A stretch of DNA of 64,000 nucleotides from Somniosus microcephalus (lineage: Eukaryota), in contig CM126224.1 of NCBI GenBank assembly GCA_052327205.1, positions 28,458,001 through 28,522,000 on the forward strand, given 5' to 3'. Below the pieces are notes generated by a model. The model did not search any database, had not been told where the DNA came from, and was given only the letters and a program-made list of their open reading frames with translations. The stretch's first letter is position 1. Every line of letters begins with the position of its first letter. Made by a program: the position numbers and the translations under genes. Positions 51,580-63,727 of this stretch are shown here, piece after piece.

Positions 51580-52944
51580 ATTGTATATGTAAATCTCATG
51601 AGCAAAGTACTCTGCATGCCCCAATATATACATGTCCTTAATAATTTGTATAAATTGGGGCATGCAACATTTTTTTTGTCTCCCACAAACTATTGCATGT
51701 ACCAAGGTTATGGTTACTCGTCCCTGTAGAATGTGACAATAGAAGTACTATCAAAAGCAAGTTTTTAAATAAGGAGATTATAGAATACAATAATTGGAAA
51801 AATAATGTATTTCTCAGATATTGTGTAACAAGGAAAACTTATTCCCAAAAGCAACTTTTTTTCTTAGATTGTAAAAATGTATTTATAATGGCAAAATCTT
51901 CCAGGAGCTCCATCTAATAAAAGTATGGAAATTGCAGCTATCATGCTCAAGTGTTGTTAAAAAAAATCACAATAAAGCTCTTTTGTGAAAAAAGATCAGA
52001 ACAGAGATGAATATTATGGTTGCTGCACAGAAATGCAAAACTTGTCACATGTGACCTTTAAAGGGTTTGCAACATTACTATGGATAAGCTCATTTTCTTC
52101 AATTAAATCTATATTTTTACAGAGAAATGGGAACCTTTTTCAAACCTCTTCCAGTAAACATTTGTTTGTTAGAATATTAGGCACTTTGTATCTTTGCAAC
52201 TAGAGACTTCACAATAAATCTGTAACCTTGGAAAATTAAAGTACACTGGAATATTCTTCGGCCTTTGTGATTATTGGCATGCTTATGTTTATTGTCACGC
52301 TGTTAATTAACTTTCAATTAAGAGATGAGTCACAGGTAATGTAGTCAACTCACTTATAAAACTGTTCAAGATCAATGGGATTTAAAGTTATAGAGACGTG
52401 GCTTTGTTGTACTGTATTCATAAATCTTATGATAATTGCAGGTCAATAAAAAGAAGGTGCAATCCATTAGCATATTGAGCAGAAGCTGCATTTCACTCAA
52501 CAACGGAGACAGAAAGAGCTTTATCAGTTTTTAGCAGGTTGCTACGTGGAGCATCTCTCTAAAGGGAAGCATTTCATTATGAGGAAGGGAAAAACAAGCT
52601 CACTCATAACAAGCATTCTTCCTATCAATAAAGAGTTGCTGGGCATATAGAATTGTATCCCAGTGTGAATCACCATTCAGGACAGGAGAGGCATGGAGGA
52701 AAAATCTGGAGTAGGGAGGAGGCAAAGGTGCTACTTGAAGCACTATCTCTAACCTGGTCCTTCATATTCATGTGTGACGATTGACTCGTGGCCACTTTGG
52801 TTAAAAAATTAAGGAATGTTGAAGCATTTTGCAAATTTTGTTACAATCTTTCGGTCAAAAGCAAAAAAATAAACATCTTGGTAAACCTTCGTACAGTACT
52901 AGAGATTAATATCCACTTAGTTAAATATACAGTTTTGCTTTGTT

Positions 52945-53372
52945 CCATGACAAAGCAGCCCGCTTTATTGGTATCCCATCCACCACCTTAAACATTCACT
53001 CCCTCCACCATCGGTGTACCGTGGCTGTAGTGTGTACCATCTACAAGATGCACTGCAGCACCTCCCAAACCCGCAACCTCTTCCACCTAGAAGGACAAGG
53101 GCAGCAGGCGCATGGGAACAACGCCACCTCCAAGTTCCCCTCCAAGTCACACACCATCCTGACATAGAAGTATATCGCCGATCCTTCATCGTCGCTGGGT
53201 CAAAATCCTGGAACTCCCTCCCTAACAGCACTGTGGGAGTACCTTCACCTCACAGACTGCAACGGTTAACAAGAAGGCAGCTCACCACCACCTTCTCAAG
53301 GGAAATTAGGGATGGGCAATAAATGCTGGCCTTGCCAGTGACGCTCATATCACACAAACGAATAAAAAAAAA
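52945..53372 (+). mobile_element. LINE 3' end (CR1/Jockey group) with poly(A)
   Basis: HSLHHRCTVAVVCTIYKMHC and RSFIVAGSKSWNSLPNSTVG remnants, ending 'gggcaataaatgctggcc...gaataaaaaaaaa'. Confidence 0.75.
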
Positions 53373-53379
53373 TTGTACA

Positions 53380-54310
53380 TAAAAAGCTAAAGTAAAGGGA
53401 TAGGGAATCAAAAGATAGAGCGTTTTCTTGGCAATAGAAAACAGTGGGTAATTATAAACGGTAATTGTTTACGTTGAGGAGCAGTATGTAAGAGTCCCAA
53501 AGGGATGAGTCTACAGTCACAGTGTATTCATTAATGAACTTAACAGTACAGAAAGTATAAAATTTAAATTTGCAGAAGATACTAATTTATGTGGAAAGGA
53601 TAGGTATATCAAAGACTAGATATCAATAGTATGGGTTAACAAAGGCTTACTACCTGAATGCATATATATCAAGTTACATTCTGTGCTGGCAAACATGAGA
53701 CAATGCATATAAGTGCTAAAAAAGTATTCGCCATCACACATTGTGGAGCACAACTATGCAGAATGTGAGGTAACAAAAATATTTAGGTGAGATAGTTGAC
53801 TAATCGTAAAAAAATTGATCCAAAATGTAAGGGTAGGAATGAAAAGGCAAAAAGAAAGCTAGGGTGCATAACAATCCAAGAAATGAATACTGAGAATCTA
53901 TGATTCATCAATGAGTCTCTGCTTGAAGTACCACACCAAATTCTGGTCACCACATCTCCAAAACGATAGGGGAAGGAGGGTTGGATATGCAACAATGGGG
54001 AGGGGGACATAAGGACCATGCCAGAATTAGATTATTCAGCTATGAGGAGAAGAGGAAAAAGAATACCGGGGAAAAGCAAATAATTGACAATGGGTAGCGA
54101 ATATGAGTTAAAAAATAGGAAGTAGAAGCAAAGAACCATGTGATACAAGCAAAAAACTAGAAGGTAAAGATTTCACATTTAGAATTATCAACTAGTTCAA
54201 CAAAATGGCAACAACTATGGTGCTCCCAAATTTTGTTAGGATACACAATACTTGAAATTTGGAGTTGAATGGTTCCTAACTAGAGATGCAGTAGAAGGCT
54301 ATAGCTTGGT
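53380..54310 (+). mobile_element. Highly decayed CR1 RT remnant
   Basis: Scattered motifs: 'aaatttgcagaagatactaat' (KFAxDT), 'ttctggtcaccaca' (FWSP) and 'agctatgaggagaag'. Confidence 0.5.
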
Positions 54311-54734
54311 GTTGGGTCAGTGGGGACAATGGTAAAAATATGTGTGTGTGCGACACAAACTCAGGCTTAGGACTCATAGTTTGTTTCCTGTTTTCTACTG
54401 CATGAATGGACATGTGGCATTTGCATCAATAATTTGTCATGTATAAAATGTTATGCTTGATTTTTTTTGTGAGCAATAAAAATACAACATTTCTAAGTTG
54501 AATGATGCTGCCAATTAATGGTTCAAAGCATATTTAATATTTACTAATAGGTCCCCCGTGACACTGCTCATGGGGAAAACATGAAAAAAACTTGGATTCC
54601 CAAGGAAAGTTGATGCTATTGTCAAAATTTTACTTATTTTTATCTTGAGTTTTTTGTTTCTTATGTGCATTTTCCAGGAGGGATCATTGAATAGCAGTAG
54701 CGGGTGAGAATTCGGACTGTTCTCTGCCTAGCCT

Positions 54735-55192
54735 AAGGCCCATCACCCCTGTGCTCGCTGACCTATGTTGGCTCCCGGTCTGGAACTGCCTCGATTTAAA
54801 AATTCTCATCCTATTTTCAAATCCCTCCATGGGCTTACCCCTCCCCATCTCTGTAACCTCTTCCAGCCCTACAATCCTCTGAGATCTCTGCACTTCTCCA
54901 ATTCTGGCCTCTTGCGCATCCCTGATTTTAATCATTCCACCATTGACGGCTGTGCCTTCTGCTGCCTTGGCCCTAAGCTCTGGAATTCCCTCCCTAAACC
55001 TCTCCTCCTCTACCTATCTCTCCTCCTTTAAGACGCTCCTTAAAACCAACCTCTTTGACCAAGCTTTTGGTCACCTGTCTCCTAATATCTCCTTATGTGG
55101 CTTGTGTCAAAGTTTGATTGATAACGCTCCTGTGAATAGCCTTGGGAAGTTTTACTATGTTAAAGGCGCTATATAAATGCAAGTTGTTGTTG
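54735..55192 (+). mobile_element. L2 LINE 3' end
   Basis: PITPVLADL...FKIL...AFCCLGPKLWNSLP...FKTLLKTNLF, with tail 'aaaggcgctatataaatgcaagttgttgttg'. Confidence 0.9.
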
Positions 55193-55666
55193 GATGCTGA
55201 AGCTAATTGTAGCAATCCAAATACTGGTCTGGCTGAGATCAGCTAACAGCACAGACAGAATGGAACCTTCAAGACAGCTGCAGAAGCTAATTACTATTAT
55301 AATGTTATGTTTCCTAATAATTTATATATATTTAATTAACCTCATAGCATTACTTATTAAGCTAAACAACCAAACGTTTTTTTCGGTAGTATAGAAATCA
55401 GTGGAACTTACCTGCCCAAATGAAAGAAATGTTCGTTACTGTTAATAATATACAAATTTCTTCCCAGCAATGATTGATTCATATGCACAAATTATTGTTC
55501 CAGATACTATAAATATTTTCTAACTACACAAAATACTTATGGATAAGGAAGGTCACTCAGCTCATTTTAATTCATTTATCTAGAAAGATGCTACAGATTC
55601 CTCATTGTTGTATATATTTTTTTCTTCAACAGTTCCAGGGTTTTCAACCACCATCACTCTACCTAG

Positions 55667-55746
55667 GAGATCAGCCATGATCTTATTGAATGGCGGAGCA
55701 GGCTCGAGGGGCCAAATGACCTACTCCTGCTCCTACGTCTTATGTT
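55667..55746 (+). mobile_element. CR1 3' tail fragment
   Basis: 'gatcagccatgatcttattgaatggcggagcaggctcgaggggccaaatgacctactcctgctcct' is nearly identical to the tail at about 49012-49080. Confidence 0.8.
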
Positions 55747-56029
55747 TGGAAGCCCATTGTTGATTACTCTCTGCATGAAGAGGAACTTTGGCCCAATTTA
55801 CTAAAATACTTCAGCAGCCGCTCCCTCATGGCCTTTCACTTTGTTTCCTCAAAGTCCAAGGGACACAAAATAGAACTTACCTGGCACGCAACTGGCTTAG
55901 CTATCCATCACCAGATCTGCCTCAACCACATCAAGTACTACCAGGCATTTCTCTACTCTGTTTAAATTGCCCACTAACCTAGGATCATAATGGAAGGCAA
56001 ATAGAACCCCAGGTCCCTTTTCTTCACTA

Positions 56030-56743
56030 CAAACTTCCTCCTTAGACCCCTCTTCCCTGAACTTCCACCCTTATCTCTAACAACAAGTGCAAAGAGATCA
56101 TGAATGTCTTCATTACCAAGATAGAGACCATTCATTCAGCTGCCTCTGCTGCTTAACCCCTTCCCCTTGCCCACCAAATCAAACCTCCTTGATACCATTT
56201 CTCTCTCATGCTCTCTCCAAGGGCATGTAATCCATGATTCCTGCCTCCTGCTCCCTTAACCCTATTCCCACCTTCCATTCTTGGCCCCCATGCTAGCTAG
56301 CATTGTAAATAGTCCTCTCTCTTAAGGCACTGAATCCTTCTATTCAAGCTCGCCTTTATCACCTCCAAAAAACACTTTTGCCCTATTTCAAACCTTCCCT
56401 TCTTTTCCAAAATCCTTGAATATGTTGCTGCCTCCCAGATCTGTGCCTATCTCTCCCACAGTTTATTTCAATCCCTTCAATCAGGTTTCCACTCCTCCCA
56501 CAGCATCACAATGGCCCGAACCAAAGTCACATTCTCTGTATCGGTTGTACATTATTCCTCGTACTCCTAGACCTCTCTGCAGCCTTCAGCACAGTCGATC
56601 ACATAATCATTCCAAAGCCTTTCCTCCATTAACCAGCTCGGTAGGACTGCCCTAGCTTGGTTTCACTCCTACCTATCCAATCATAACCAGAGCATCTCAA
56701 GCAATGGCTTCTCTTTCCATCCCTCCATTGTCACCTCTGGAGT
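56030..56743 (+). mobile_element. Decayed L2 ORF2 (RT) fragment
   Basis: Remnants of RPISNLPFFSKILE, QSGF, LDLSAAF and VTSGV. Confidence 0.7.
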
Positions 56744-57035
56744 GTAATTATAAATTATTTTTGTTCTACCTCCCACAGTAGATTTGCAGTATTTGCTTAA
56801 GATGCAAGTACTTTATTTGGTTCTTCTTCTCTCTTCCCTCCAAAAGTTTCTTCTTTTTCTCAATTCATTACATCATTATAAAGATATATTTTCTCTGTCT
56901 TACTTCCCATACTGGATTTGTGTTCTTTGCTGAAGCTGTTATTTGTGTAGCACTGTGCCAAGGAGGTTTCCCCCGCCCCCCCCCCCACTGTTGAGTATCC
57001 AATGAGCTACACCTTTAACAGGTTGCCATTTGCTA

Positions 57036-57773
57036 ATACAAAAGCAAAATACTACGGATGCTGGAAATCTGAAATATAAACAGAAAACGTTGGAAATACT
57101 CAGCCGGTCAGGTAGCATCTGCGGAGAGAGAAACAGAGTTAACGTTTCAGGTTGATGATCTTTCGTCAAAACTGGAAAAAGTTAGAGATGTAACAGATTT
57201 TAAGCAAGTGCAGGGGCAGGAAAAGAGGGGAGGGGAGGAAAGAACAAAAGGGAAGGTCTGTGATTCTCTGCTCCACTCCCACTCTGATCTCTCTGTCCTC
57301 GGCCTCTTACATTGTTCCAACGAAGCTCAACGCAAGCTCGAGGAACAGCACCTCATCTTTCGATTGGGCACTTTACAGCCTTCTGGACTCAACATTGAGT
57401 TCAACAATTTCAGATCATAACCTCTGCCCCTATTTTTTCAGATGGCAGCTGTTGATGATTCTGCCATTCCCATTTACACCTCTTCTAGACTCATCTTTTG
57501 TTTCTTTACTTGTCCCATTGCCCTTTCCTTTTGCTTTGTACTATCATACCTTTTGTCATTGAATCTCTCCTGCCTTCCACCCTATCACAGACCTTCCCTT
57601 TTGTTCTTTCCTCCCCTCCCCCATTTCCCTGCCTCTGCACTTGCTTAAAACCTGTTCCATCTCTAACTTTTTCCAGTTCTGACAAAGGGTCATCGACCTG
57701 AAACGTTAACTCTGTTTCTCTCTCCACAGATGCTGCATGACCTGCTGAGTATTTCCAGCATTTTCTGTTTTTA
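57036..57773 (+). mobile_element. 5'-truncated Penelope-like element with inverted terminal repeat
   Basis: GIY-YIG C-terminus HSHSDLSVLGLLHCSNEAQRKLEEQHLIFRLGTLQPSGLNIEFNNFRS*. About 57070-57263 is an inverted copy of about 57583-57773. TSD ttgccatt(tg/ca)cta at 57023-57035 and 57774-57786. Confidence 0.9.
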
Positions 57774-58004
57774 TTGCCATTCACTATCCTCTAGGCCCAA
57801 CTGACTGACTCTAGATGCAGAATCACAACTGACTGTTAGTCATGGAAATGGTTTTTAATTGCTTTGTCTTTAGTTCATTCAATATTTCAGCCAATTGGTA
57901 TCACTAGTTTCACAAAAAGTGGTTATTTCAGCAATTCAGGTCTTTTATCTTGTGAACACTTATGAGGTGTGATAACCACTTATGAGATGTGATGCCCAGG
58001 TGTG

Positions 58005-58270
58005 TAGTGGAAGGTATACTAGAGTATATCCATTTTTTTTGGAGGAGAAAAGTATGCTCACTTTTTGGCAGCATGTAATGAAGGGTATACTCCATTTTTA
58101 TGTCATGGAGGCAATAATATGCTCACTTTCTGGCAGCCTGTAATTGAGCGCATGGTGAGTATACCTCATTTTTTTATTTTTGGAGGCAAGGGTACACTCA
58201 CATTTTGGCAGCATGTAGTGGACGTTATACTTGGATATACTGAGTAGAGTCACTTTTCATTTTTGGAGGC
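58005..58270. repeat. Degenerate minisatellite, about 65-75 bp unit, 3-4 copies
   Basis: Recurring 'tttttggagg...(t/c)(a/g)ctcac(t/a)tt(t/c)tggcagc(a/c)tgta'. Confidence 0.7.
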
Positions 58271-58288
58271 TGATGTTAATAAGGATTA

Positions 58289-58409
58289 AACACACTGGCC
58301 AGGGTTTTCTGCTTCTGCATCGTCAGGCCATGATTTCCGCCTACTAAAGTAATGGGCAGAAAAGTGAGCGCTGGTGAACGCAGAAGTGGAAAACCCCAGC
58401 CAGTGTGTT
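58289..58409. mobile_element. Short fold-back element (MITE-like)
   Basis: 29-bp inverted arms aacacactggccagggttttctgcttctg / cagaagtggaaaaccccagccagtgtgtt with 4 mismatches. Confidence 0.65.
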
Positions 58410-59039
58410 AAGCTTTAGTCCTCATCAATTATCTTCCACATATATATATATATATACACACTATGTCTAATCCTCATTCATATCTTATCCCCATTATCTT
58501 TATACATTATTTATAAGCCACATGAATATACAGTCCCCATCATCATTACATATTATGCTTAATCCTCACTCATATTTATTACACATTTTCATGACATAAA
58601 ATTCTCCTCATAAACTTAGACATTTTTAATGTGGCTGATAAGAAATCCCCAATCTGCTATTAAATGGATAATTATGAATGATTTATGGTCCATAAATAGA
58701 TCCATTCCCATCTATTGATTAAACCTGGCATCTGATTAATGGTTTGCACAGATCTCCTCCTTGACTTTGTCAGCCTTCCTTGGAAGACAAAGTTGTCCTT
58801 AATTTTTGTTCAAATCAAATGACATAACAACATTTTGAAAGAGTTACAAATGAATTAAAGTGCAGAATAGTTATTATATGATGAAGCATAAAAATAAATT
58901 ACAATAGAATAGCATTCCTTATCTCAATCATGCAAGTCTCATGTTATGAACCTGGATGGACTACCTCTTCTCTTATGGGATCCAAAAAAAGGAACATCAG
59001 ATTCTGGCTCCAAAAGCACAAGATGGCAAATAACATAAC

Positions 59040-59215
59040 TGTAGTGTATGTGCCTTTAAGAGCCCCAGGTGTGCTGTAATGCCGGTAATGGCCACTCGGG
59101 CTATATAAGCCTGTATATTGTGTATATCCGTTAGAACCCCCCCCAGACTTTGCTTAGTAAACACCTATGAACCAACTCCTGTCTTCAGTGTCTTTATCAA
59201 CACACGGACACTACA
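59040..59215 (+). repeat. 5' LTR (176 bp)
   Basis: Differs from the 3' LTR by 2 substitutions and one C in a poly-C run. Contains TATATAA. Confidence 0.95.
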
Positions 59216-59682
59216 GTGGCGACGAAGTGGAAATGGACTTACCTGCAATTCGGCAGCACCTCAAGGACATCGATTCCTCTGGCGTCCAGAAGACTCAAGA
59301 AAGTGAGAGAAGCTGTGGTTTCACCAGCTGGCCAAGCTGGTGGCAGGTACTGCGCTAATCCTTCCTGGGCGTCAGGCTGGGGCTCCAGCGGCTAGCTCTA
59401 CAGCTGAGACAGGCAGCGAAATCGGAGGCAAGCAATAACGGACTGGGAGGGAGCACTCGGGGGACGGCCGGCGCGGCAAGCAGGTCAGCATTCAGACCTG
59501 CAGAGAAAGTCCGGCGGGAATGAGTCTCCAACTGTAAACAAATAAAACAAAAATAAAACAAAGAACGGAAACCGCGGGAAACAGCGCTGTCATCGGCAGC
59601 AGCGGCGGGAAAGCGCAGGAAGCACCATATCTTTGCTGCTGAAAAGAAAGAAAAGCGCGGGAAGCGCCATATCTTTTCTGAA

Positions 59683-62600
59683 ATGCCTAAGTCTGGCAAT
59701 ATTGATGCTTTTGATAGCGAAATAGAGGATTGGACCACATACGTGGAAAGAGTAGAGGTATAATGCACTGCAAATGGAATAGAAGATGAAACAAAAGCTT
59801 CAGTACTGCTGACCTAATGGGCGCAAAGGCATATGGGCTGTTACAAAATTTAATCACTCCAGCCAAACCAAAGGACAAGAATTTTAAAGAAATTGTTGAT
59901 ACCCTGCAGGAGCACTTAAACCCAACACTGCTGCTGATAGCGGAACGATTCAAATTCTTCAAGAGAAATCAACACAAGAATGAAAGTAACGCTGATTACC
60001 TAACCGAATTAAGAAAGCTATCAAAGTACTGCCAATTCGGGGCAGGATTAGCAGATTATCTTCGAGACAAATTCGTTTGCGGTCTCTTAAGTGAAGGAAC
60101 ACAAAAAAAGCTGCTTTCTGAAAAAGATTTAACATTGGACAAAGCTTTCAGTATGGCTGTATCATACGAAGCAGCAGCAAGAGGAGCTGCAGAGATACAA
60201 CAAAAGACACAGGACTTCGGCACCCATGAAATGACACAGGGTTTCGAAAGATGTTATCGCTGCGGCAGATCCACCCATAACCAGAAGGACTGCTGGTTCA
60301 AGGACAAAGCATGCAGGCAATGCGGAAAGATTGGACACATTGCACGGGTATGCCGATCTGGACAAAATAAATCCACTGACAGAAAAAAAAAATCAATAAA
60401 GGAAAGTACAGGAAGGTACAAATGATGACGGACAGTAGCTCCGAAGACCAGAAGAGCGATAGCGACTCCGAAAACAAGAAACTAAGCTGTCTCAAATTAC
60501 ATAATGTACTTGCCAAAGATGATTACCAAACCATTTGGGTTACCCTCACGATAGCAGGGTCCCCTGTTAAAATGGAGCTAGATACAGGATCAGCTCTAAC
60601 CGTAATAAATCGACGGGATTACGAGAGGCTATTTTCGCATATACCTCTAAAAGACACATCCATTATCTTAAAAACATATACGGGGCAGAAAGTATACCCC
60701 AAAGGAAAAATAAGGGTGCCTGTTGTATACAACGGCAAAGAAATACAAAAGTTGTATTTATACATTCTACAAGATGGTGGTCCACCGTTGTTGGGACGTG
60801 AATGGATAAGGAAGATACGTTTAGACTGGCACTCCATTCAGGCACTGACGGTGACCAGTAAGAAAATAAACAATGATGACATCATACCTGAACGATTAAA
60901 AGACATCTTGGCCAACGCCAAAGAAGTGTTTCAAGAGAAACTAGGAACCTTGAAAGGCATCACCGCCTCAATAAAAGTGGAAGATGCAGCAATTCCCAAA
61001 TTTTTTAAGGCAAGACCGGTGCCATACGCAATTCGTCCAGCAGTCGAGGCAGAGCTGGAGAATTTGGAAAAGGCAGGCGTATTATCCAAAATAGATTGGA
61101 GCGAGTGGGCAACACCCATCGTTCCAGTCATGAAAAAAGCATTGAATAATGATAAACCTGAAGAACAGAGAAAAATTCGCATCTGTGGAGACTTCAAGGT
61201 GACTTCACACAGTACAGTATCCTCTTCCGAGGGTAGAAGATATTTTTGCCTCACTATCCGGAGGGAAACGTTTCACCAAAATTGACTTGGCACAGGCATA
61301 TCTGCAGATGGAGGTTGAGGAGGCCTCTAAAAAGTATCTCACGATAAACACACACAAAGGCCTGTACCAGTACAATCGACTGGTTTTTGGAGTAGCATCA
61401 GCTCCAGCTATCTGGCAAAGAGCTATGGAGCAAGTCCTGCAAGGGATTCCGGGGACTCAATGCTACCTAGACGACATCCTTGTAACAGGAGAAAATGACA
61501 ACGAGCACCTTGCCAATTTGGAGCAGGTGATCACTAGGCTGAAAGAACGAGGCCTACGAGCAAATCGCCCCAAGTGCGAATTTTTCCAAAATCAGATATC
61601 ATATTGTGGCCACATAATTAATAAGGAAGGGTTGCATAAGTCACCTGAAAAAATTGAAGCGGTCATAAAAGCCCCAGCACCAGAAAATGTTTCACAATTA
61701 AGGTCGTTCCTGGGATTAATAAATTACTATCATAAATTTTTACCGAACTTATCAACTCTTCTACACCCTCTTAATGAACTTCTACAAACAGGAGTGATTT
61801 GGAAATGGAACAAAGACTGTAAACGTGCCTTCCACAAATGCAAAGACTTAATCACATCCGAAGAAGTTTTGGCTCATTACAACCCATCACTGCCAATCAG
61901 ACTGGCGTGCGATGCATCCCCTTACGGCATAGGAGCAGTATTATCCCATAAATTCCCTGATGGCTCAGAACGGCCGATAGCTTTTGCGTCACGCTCATTA
62001 AACTCAGCTGAGCGTAACTATGCCCAAATCGACAGGGAAGCACCCAGCCTGGTATGGGGAGTGAAGAAATTCAACCATTACCTACACGGACAAAAATTTA
62101 CCTTGTTGACTGACCATCAACCCCTCATCTCCATATTCAACCCTAAAAAGGGTGTTCCCATTATGACAGCGCAAAGGCTACAGAGGTGGTCCCTTGTTCT
62201 AGGGGCACACCAATACAACATAGAATACAAAGGATCAAAACAGCATGGGAATGCTGACGGTTTATCGCGCCTACCGTTGCCAACGGTAGAAGAGGCACCT
62301 ACAGTAGACCCAGTAGAGATGTTCCACTCTACCATAGTGGAATGTCTACCAGTAACAAATTCTGCCATTGAAAGGGAGACGAAAAATGACCCGACTCTCT
62401 CACGGGTCTACGATTTAACAGTGAAGGGATGGCCAGCACATGGCGAACCACTGTTGCCAGCATTCTCGCAAAGAAGAGAACAGCTGTCAGTGTGCCGAGG
62501 AACCTTGATGTGTGGATCCAGGGTGGTGATTCCACCCAAACTCCAGGATAAAGTTCTAAAGGAGCTTCACGAGGGGCATCTGGGTGGAGTGAAAATAAAG

Positions 62601-63655
62601 AACCTAGCTAGGGCGTTTGTATGGTGGCCAGGTATCGATGGAGACATCGAAGAAATGACCAAGAGCTGCCTAGGATGCCAGAAGGTCCAAAACGCTCCAC
62701 CACAAGCCCCGCTACATCCATGGGAGTGGCCCTCATCTCCCTGGCAAAGGGTGCACATCGACTTTGCTGGTCCATTTATGGACTCAATGTTCTTAATCGC
62801 GGTTGATGCACACTCCAAGTGGCCGGAGGTAATAAAGATGTCCTCCACCACCACGGAAAAAACCATCACAGTATTAAGGACCATATTTGCCAGGAATGGG
62901 CTGCCGGAACAGATATGTTCTGATAATGGACCGCAATTTGTGTCCGAAGAATTCAGGAAGTTCTTAAAAACAATGGGGTTAAGCACTACACGTCCGTCCC
63001 ATACCATCCCGCCACCAATGGATTGGCTGAAAGGTTTGTCCAGACCTTCAAGAAGGCCATAAAGGCCATGGGTAATGAAGACATAAAACTTCAGCACAAG
63101 GTGGATAACTTCTTATTCGCATACAGGAATGCAACACATATGGTTACCAACCAAACTCCCACCATGATGTTCTTCAATAGAAACCTAAGATGCCGGCTGG
63201 ATTTGGTCAAGCCCAACATCAGAAGGGACGTGGAGAACCGGCAGTTTCAAGGCATGAATGAAAGGCCAACTAGAACCTTCCAGATAGGTCAACAAGTTTT
63301 GGCCCGGGACTACCGTACCGAGAAATGGCAGCCTGGAACTATCTGCACACGACTAGGACCACTGATGTATACCGTGGACATCGGAGAAAGCATAATAAGG
63401 CGCCATGCTGACCAAATCATAGAGTCATCCGAAAAGGGACAACCTACACCACAACTCTATACGTCTAACGATGAAGTAGAGATACCCATATCTACCTCCG
63501 ATCCGGTGATACTGGAACCCGATGAACCCGACACTGGCATTGAAGCCGAATCAGCCTTGCCAAAAGAACCTACTACACCACCAGAAACTACTACACCCCC
63601 GAGGCGTTATCCGGACCGAGTCAGGAAGCCTCCTGAGAGACTGACTTATAATTAA
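59683..63655 (+). pseudogene. Disabled Gypsy gag-pol polyprotein
   Basis: Gag has two CCHC knuckles (CYRCGRSTHNQKDC, CRQCGKIGHIARVC). Protease LDTGS, RT YLDD, RNase H DAS, integrase HEGHLG..C..C/HIDF/SDNG. Stop at 59761, frameshifts near 59813, 60390 and 62970, deletion near 61205. Confidence 0.93.
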
Positions 63656-63727
63656 TTAACTACAGCAATGTATATATTATTTTTCTTATACTTAAAATAT
63701 GTACTGGTTAGCTAAAAGGGGAGGAAT

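Noticed and set aside
58005-58270. CRISPR-like repeat-spacer array
   Set aside because: Vertebrate context, degenerate units, linkers related to each other, and no cas genes.
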